From the NCBI GenBank assembly GCA_026134025.1, contig JAOQII010000003.1, forward strand, positions 16,166 through 80,165: 64,000 nucleotides of DNA, read 5' to 3'. Positions 59,240-64,000 of the stretch are shown here, one piece after another (within the stretch, counting starts at the first letter, position 1; each line of letters begins with the position of its first letter). The notes beneath the pieces were generated by a model. That model did not search any database. It was given only the letters and a program-made list of their open reading frames with translations, and was not told where the DNA came from. Both the position numbers and the translations under genes were made by a program. Source of the DNA: Candidatus Syntropharchaeum sp. Its GTDB lineage: Archaea > Halobacteriota > Syntropharchaeia > Syntropharchaeales > Syntropharchaeaceae.

Positions 59240-60340
59240 TCACATTCTTAAGATCTCTATCGAACGTATAAGATCTGTCTTTGAGAGGATGCCGACAAGT
59301 ACCCCGTCTCTTACCACAAGAATTCGTCCGACATTGTGTTGACTGATGAGCCTCAGAACCTCGGCAGCAGATTCATCTTCTGTAACCGCAATAGGATCCG
59401 TTGACATTATATCACGAACCAAAACCTCATCAAGCTTATCCTTTGGCACATTCTTGACATCCGTGAGGCTCACAATTCCAATAGGGGATCCATCGGCATC
59501 AAGAACCGGATAACCTTTGTGCCGGTCGGTCAGCATAAAATCAAGAAGTTCCCGCACAGTGATATCCGGGTTGACGGTCACAACATCTCTTGATATGAGA
59601 TCTCTTATCTCTACCCCTTCAAGGAAGGTTTGAATGTTTGTTGCAGTCTCCTCCTCCGATGCTGCAATGTAAATGAAGAACGCGATCAGGATCAGCATCC
59701 ACCCGCCGTAGATCAACCCGAAGACTCCCATTAAGATCGCAAAGATCTTTCCAATCTGGACAGCCATCCTTGTGGCAGCTATATAAGATGATTCCCGCTT
59801 TGCGAGATATGCCCGCAGTATCCTTCCCCCATCCATCGGAAAGGCAGGCAGGAGGTTGAAGACCGCGAGAATTATATTGATATATCCCATCGCAAATGCA
59901 AGAATGCCGAAACCTTCCCACCAGATGTTTCCGGGGATTGTACTGAAGGGTACATGGAGTATGAGAAACGTCGAACCGATAAGGATACTTGCAAGTGGTC
60001 CTGCGACAGCGATCCTTGACTCAACCTTTGGATCCCTTGGTATCTCTTTCATCGATGCGATCCCACCGAAGATGAAGAGCGTGATCGACTCGATCGCAAC
60101 GCCATGGCGCATCGCAATATAAGAGTGTGAGAGTTCATGTGCGATAACACATGCAAACAGGATGATTGTTGTGAGCGTTGCAAGTATAAATCTCGCGTAA
60201 AACGGCTCAATCTCAGCGAAACCAAAAGGAGCTGGTTGATTCATAAATATCAGGATGAATGGTGGCAGGATCAGAAGAAATGTGATGTGAAGTTTTATCG
60301 GTATCCCAAGTGCCTTACCGATCTCGATCGATGTTCGCAT
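59240..60340 (-). CDS. Site-2 protease (M50 family) with tandem CBS domains
   Basis: HELSH zinc motif within a TM helix, LDG motif FPMDGGRI, two C-terminal CBS domains; 1-nt gap to traB. Confidence 0.8.
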   Translation of the reverse strand: MRTSIEIGKALGIPIKLHITFLLILPPFILIFMNQPAPFGFAEIEPFYARFILATLTTIILFACVIAHELSHSYIAMRHGVAIESITLFIFGGIASMKEIPRDPKVESRIAVAGPLASILIGSTFLILHVPFSTIPGNIWWEGFGILAFAMGYINIILAVFNLLPAFPMDGGRILRAYLAKRESSYIAATRMAVQIGKIFAILMGVFGLIYGGWMLILIAFFIYIAASEEETATNIQTFLEGVEIRDLISRDVVTVNPDITVRELLDFMLTDRHKGYPVLDADGSPIGIVSLTDVKNVPKDKLDEVLVRDIMSTDPIAVTEDESAAEVLRLISQHNVGRILVVRDGVLVGILSKTDLIRSIEILRM

Positions 60341-60395
60341 GCACCTTATATAATAGATCTATCTATTTAGCTTTAGCGACCATGAGAGGTAAAAA

Positions 60396-61388
60396 ATGGA
60401 TGAACGTATAATCTCTCCTGCAAAGAAAGATGATGAGACCTGTGAGTTTGATCTCAGGCCACGCAGCCTCTCAAACTTCATTGGACAGGAGAAGGTGAAG
60501 GAACAGCTAAAGATCTTCATCGAGGCTGCAAAGGGGCGAAAAAGCGTACTTGATCATATCCTCTTCCACGGGCCACCTGGACTTGGAAAGACGACACTTG
60601 CCAGGATCATAGCTGAGGAGATGGGGGTTAATATCCTCTCAACGAGCGGTCCTATCCTTGAGAAAGCTGGTGATCTCGCCGCGATCATAACAAACCTATC
60701 CGAAGGGGATATTCTCTTCATCGATGAGATTCACAGGCTCAATACAGCGGTCGAGGAGATCCTCTATCCTGCGATGGAGGAGTTCAAACTTGATATCATA
60801 ATCGGAAAAGGACCTGGTGCTCGCTCGATAAAGCTCAACACACCCCATTTTACACTTATAGGTGCAACCACAAAGACCGGGCTTCTCTCTTCACCCTTAA
60901 GGGATAGATTTGGGGTAATATCAAGGATGGAATTTTACACGCCCCACGAGCTTCAGAGGATTGTGGAGAACGCATCAGATATGCTTGGAATCAGGATTGA
61001 ATCCGATGGCGCAGGAGAGATCGCGAAGCGCTCGAGGGGTACGCCAAGAATTGCTTTGAGGCTCTTGAGACGGGTTCGTGACTTCGCAGAGGTCAGGGGG
61101 GATGGCACCATCGATCAAAGAATTGCTGATATGGCACTCAAGATGCTCGGGGTTGATGCGGTGGGGTTTGATGAGATGGATCGGCTCATCATATCGACGA
61201 TCATCGATAAGTTTAACGGGGGTCCTGTCGGACTTGATACGATCGCATCAGCGATAGGGGAGGATTCAAACACGATTGAGGATGTCTATGAGCCCTATCT
61301 ACTCCAGCAGGGTTTCATAAACAGAACGCCACGTGGTAGAGTTGCAACCCCGATCGCGAAGGGGTGGTGGAAGGCGCATCCTGAGTGA
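60396..61388 (+). CDS. ruvB: Holliday junction branch-migration ATPase RuvB (bacterial type)
   Basis: Near-collinear match to bacterial RuvB: [66 protein letters not shown]-terminal winged helix. Confidence 0.85.
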   Translation: MDERIISPAKKDDETCEFDLRPRSLSNFIGQEKVKEQLKIFIEAAKGRKSVLDHILFHGPPGLGKTTLARIIAEEMGVNILSTSGPILEKAGDLAAIITNLSEGDILFIDEIHRLNTAVEEILYPAMEEFKLDIIIGKGPGARSIKLNTPHFTLIGATTKTGLLSSPLRDRFGVISRMEFYTPHELQRIVENASDMLGIRIESDGAGEIAKRSRGTPRIALRLLRRVRDFAEVRGDGTIDQRIADMALKMLGVDAVGFDEMDRLIISTIIDKFNGGPVGLDTIASAIGEDSNTIEDVYEPYLLQQGFINRTPRGRVATPIAKGWWKAHPE

Positions 61389-61402
61389 GTTATAGGTATA
61401 TG

Positions 61403-62575
61403 CTAAAAACTTTTCATAAGCGAGAATAACAATCCTGCAACCTTCGCCTTTGGAAGTGAAATGAGTTCTCTGAAAAGGATTGAGGGCTTATCCATATCAC
61501 CGAAATTCTCTATCACCCTGATAATCTCGGGGTCATTGAGCGATTCGATGAGTTGATCGAGCTTACGATCATCAAGACCTGAAAACCACCTGTGGATCTT
61601 AAACCCGATTGAGAGTTCCTTTCCAATGAGTCTTCTCCACTTTTTTTCGTACTCAAGAAGGCGCATCCTGGTTGTATCACCATCCAGGACCGCTTCTGCT
61701 GCCACCCTGCCAGCGATCCTGGCGCAGACCGCACCGGTATATATCCCACCTCCTGTCGTTGGCTTAACCTGCCCTGCTGCATCTCCAACCGCTATAAAAC
61801 CATCTGAAACCGTCTTCTTAGCCATACCGATCGGTATTCCGCCGAGCACAAAATCTGTGGTTGATCCTCTAACCAAAGGATGATCGCTTATGAGCCTCTC
61901 AAGGTAACTGAGCGCAGACGCTTTAATCCCATCGCTTGCGATACCGAGACCAACACGCCCAAAACCATCTTCTGTAGGTATCATCCATCCAAAAAACCCT
62001 GGCGCAACCTTTTTACCAAGAAAAACCTCCACAAAGTCGGAATCCTCAAAATCACATCTGACCTCTGTCTGAATGGCTGGTATGATCCTGGGAAGGTTGG
62101 TGTCACCAAGATAGAGCCTTGAAATCCTTCTTTTAACTCCCTCTGCCGCAATGAGAACTCCTGCCTCGATAATCTCTCGCTCACCATTTACACGAACCTC
62201 CAGTCGCCCTTGCCCTCCTTCAACCACCTTTGCCTTGAGCAGGATCTCACATCCCGCATCAAGAGCACGTGATGCAAGTTCTCGATCAAAGATCTTCCTA
62301 TCGATGATCCATGCCTTCTCTTCATGTCCATCGATCCGCAGACGGTGGTTTGGCGAGTTTATGAACGCGCCCTGTGCAGTCCTGATCAGAAAGTCACCCC
62401 GTTTGACCTCACATGCGGATGCCGCCCGTCTGCTTATGATCCCTGCACACTGTATCGGCTCACCGATTGCGGGGTGCTCCTCGATAATAATCGTCTTTGC
62501 ACCGCTTGCTGCTGCATACTTGCCAGCGATACTACCAGCAGGTCCCCCACCTATAATCGCGACATCAACCTTCAT
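61403..62575 (-). CDS. Geranylgeranyl reductase family FAD-dependent oxidoreductase (archaeal lipid saturase-like)
   Basis: VAIIGGGPAGS FAD fold; GEPIQCAGIIS motif; about 390 aa. Confidence 0.8.
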   Translation of the reverse strand: MKVDVAIIGGGPAGSIAGKYAAASGAKTIIIEEHPAIGEPIQCAGIISRRAASACEVKRGDFLIRTAQGAFINSPNHRLRIDGHEEKAWIIDRKIFDRELASRALDAGCEILLKAKVVEGGQGRLEVRVNGEREIIEAGVLIAAEGVKRRISRLYLGDTNLPRIIPAIQTEVRCDFEDSDFVEVFLGKKVAPGFFGWMIPTEDGFGRVGLGIASDGIKASALSYLERLISDHPLVRGSTTDFVLGGIPIGMAKKTVSDGFIAVGDAAGQVKPTTGGGIYTGAVCARIAGRVAAEAVLDGDTTRMRLLEYEKKWRRLIGKELSIGFKIHRWFSGLDDRKLDQLIESLNDPEIIRVIENFGDMDKPSILFRELISLPKAKVAGLLFSLMKSF

Positions 62576-63299
62576 CCCAGCTGGATATCGGTTTTGTTAC
62601 TATAGAAAAGGTTCCATCCCTGTAGACGAGTGGAAAGTACCGTCTCCCGATGTTTGTGCACCGCATCTTGACGATACCGATCTTTAGAGCAAGTGTGTGG
62701 GTCGTACTATCGCGGTCGAGGTCGAGGTGGATGATACCGTCCGCGAGAAAATCTTCCACACCGCAGTTGCTGAACTGTGAATGGGATGCCATCTCTGATA
62801 TGAGAAGTGTTGTGAGCCCCATCTCTCTCAACGATTTGAAGAACATAAATATCTCCCGTCTCGGCGTCTCAACCTTTGTGAGTGAATATAGTCCATTGAG
62901 TGAGTCTATTACAAGCAGTGAATTCTCCTCGTCACTCTTGCACAGATTCTCCAGGTAATTCAGGATTCGTCTGATCCAGTTCTGTTCAAGGCGGTGATCA
63001 AGCCGTGATCGCTCAAGCTCACTATCTATATCATTGTATGAGATCATCGTGATCTTCTCATGGGCTGACATCTGGAGCGATTCCATCTGTTCCATCATAC
63101 TCTCTGGTGTCTGCTCGAGCGTGATGTATATCCCTTTCCCCCCATCTTCATCATTGATCGCGTTCTTATAGAGGATACTATATGCAAGCGAGCTCTTCAT
63201 GGAACCTGGTCTTCCGCAGATGAGTGTGGCAAATCCACTTGGAATACCGCCTTCAAGATATTCATCCATCCCTGCAATGTATGTCCTGACACGATCCAT
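62565..63299 (-). CDS. KaiC/RadA-like RecA-superfamily ATPase (single domain)
   Basis: Walker A GRPGSMKSS; KaiC-like domain of 244 aa; overlaps the downstream GGR gene by 11 nt. Confidence 0.6.
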   Translation of the reverse strand: MDRVRTYIAGMDEYLEGGIPSGFATLICGRPGSMKSSLAYSILYKNAINDEDGGKGIYITLEQTPESMMEQMESLQMSAHEKITMISYNDIDSELERSRLDHRLEQNWIRRILNYLENLCKSDEENSLLVIDSLNGLYSLTKVETPRREIFMFFKSLREMGLTTLLISEMASHSQFSNCGVEDFLADGIIHLDLDRDSTTHTLALKIGIVKMRCTNIGRRYFPLVYRDGTFSIVTKPISSWDEG

Positions 63300-63344
63300 T
63301 ACATACCACCATATACCTCCACTCTAAGAAGTGATGTACTTTAT

Positions 63345-63383
63345 GCTATATAATATTTTCTATAAAATTGTTCATTATATAGC
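63345..63383. promoter_or_regulatory. Inverted pair of TATA-like elements (gctatataat ... attatatagc) in a divergent promoter region
   Basis: 10-bp perfect inverted repeat separated by 19 nt, lying between the minus-strand kaiC-like gene and plus-strand small membrane genes. Confidence 0.35.
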
Positions 63384-63476
63384 AGATTCATATCAGGAAT
63401 GTGCATGAAAAATTTTATCGGGTTTCAACCACAAGGTTTATATCTGCACAGGATGATTGTTGCTCTGTGAGGTTTT

Positions 63477-63650
63477 ATGTCGGGTATAATATCAATTCTA
63501 ATCTTTGCACTATTCCTCATCACATTTATCATATCGATCATCGCAGGCATCTACTATGCGGACCGTGAAGAGGTGCCATGCTGGATCTTTGCCGCAGCGT
63601 TTTTATGCATTGCATCGATCATTTTTTATGGGATACTTGAGTTTTCTTGA
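63477..63650 (+). CDS. Small hydrophobic protein of 57 aa (2 TM), below the ORF-track cutoff
   Basis: MSGIISILIFALFLITFIISIIAGIYY...; its stop abuts the next start (tga atg). Confidence 0.35.
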   Translation: MSGIISILIFALFLITFIISIIAGIYYADREEVPCWIFAAAFLCIASIIFYGILEFS

Positions 63651-64000
63651 ATGATGGGCTGGGAAAAGAAGAAGCGGTATCTCAAACATTCCCTTGCCAT
63701 CGCAATCGTTGTCAGTATACTGTCTATATTTCTTATATTTGAATTAACATCCACAAAAGAGACGATCGAAGCGATCACTCAGATATCACCGTGCTATTTT
63801 CTCCTGGCAGTCTGCTTTCATCTTCTTGGATGGATCGTATGGGGAACAAGGATAAGAGTCTTAAGTGGTACAATCAGCGGGCTGCTCACATTGAGAGATG
63901 CGATAAAGATCGTGGTTGCAAGTCTCTTTACCGCGGCGATAACCCCCTCACATGCCGGAGGTGAGCCTGTCAGAGTTTATCTGATCGCAAAAGAGGGAGG
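63651..64000 (+). CDS. Membrane protein, partial (runs off the window end); flippase-like/UPF0104-type TM protein (tentative)
   Basis: Open frame from ATG 63651 to the window end; hydrophobic helices. Confidence 0.4.
   Translation, partial: MMGWEKKKRYLKHSLAIAIVVSILSIFLIFELTSTKETIEAITQISPCYFLLAVCFHLLGWIVWGTRIRVLSGTISGLLTLRDAIKIVVASLFTAAITPSHAGGEPVRVYLIAKEG

Noticed and set aside
62151-62687. 178-aa plus-strand ORF
   Set aside because: Antisense to the geranylgeranyl reductase gene. The composition is Ser/Pro/Arg-rich and there is no motif.
1-64000. Search for CRISPR arrays, rRNA genes, and SRP RNA or RNase P RNA signatures
   Set aside because: No spaced direct repeats of CRISPR type were seen. 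No rRNA-like conserved blocks were seen. Nor were the conserved SRP or RNase P sequence hallmarks, in any intergenic region. The only RNA genes supported are the two tRNAs.

Overview
Gene-dense archaeal (euryarchaeal) chromosome segment, about 47% GC. Most adjacent genes overlap by 1-4 nt, suggesting translational coupling. Archaeal hallmarks include TFB, aRF1, PAN, LonB, fibrillarin, S19e, GatE, archaeal SAM synthetase and an intron-containing tRNA-Tyr. A methanogen-like or Methanosarcinales-like lineage is suggested by a short NrpR, the B12-binding subunit of methylmalonyl-CoA mutase with MeaB, ADP-forming acetyl-CoA synthetases and bacterial-type XseB and RuvB. About 70 CDS, two tRNAs (Tyr-GTA with a 46-nt intron, and Pro-GGG) and one IS256-family transposase relic are called. 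No CRISPR array or rRNA was seen.

Regions that stand out:
1. An uncharacterised three-gene module. It has a MoaD/ThiS-like beta-grasp protein lacking the terminal Gly-Gly. This is coupled to a U32-family protein, the family of the O2-independent hydroxylases RlhA, TrhP and UbiU/UbiV. The third gene encodes a protein built of two Cys4 repeats (CGC...CxxC).
2. An operon pairing a Tiki/TraB/PrgY-type metalloprotease with a site-2 protease carrying tandem CBS domains. This resembles the Enterococcus pheromone-processing pair Eep/PrgY.
3. A lipid island. A Tes-like (tetraether synthase-type) radical SAM gene sits divergent from an HTH, processive GT2 and UbiA-prenyltransferase operon.
4. An orphan bacterial-type RuvB with no RuvA nearby.
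5. A non-catalytic acetyl-CoA synthetase alpha paralog behind a palindromic operator.
6. A 600-bp non-coding gap with C-run/G-run asymmetry and a G-quadruplex motif. An in-frame 49-codon extension past the TraB UAG stop runs into this gap.
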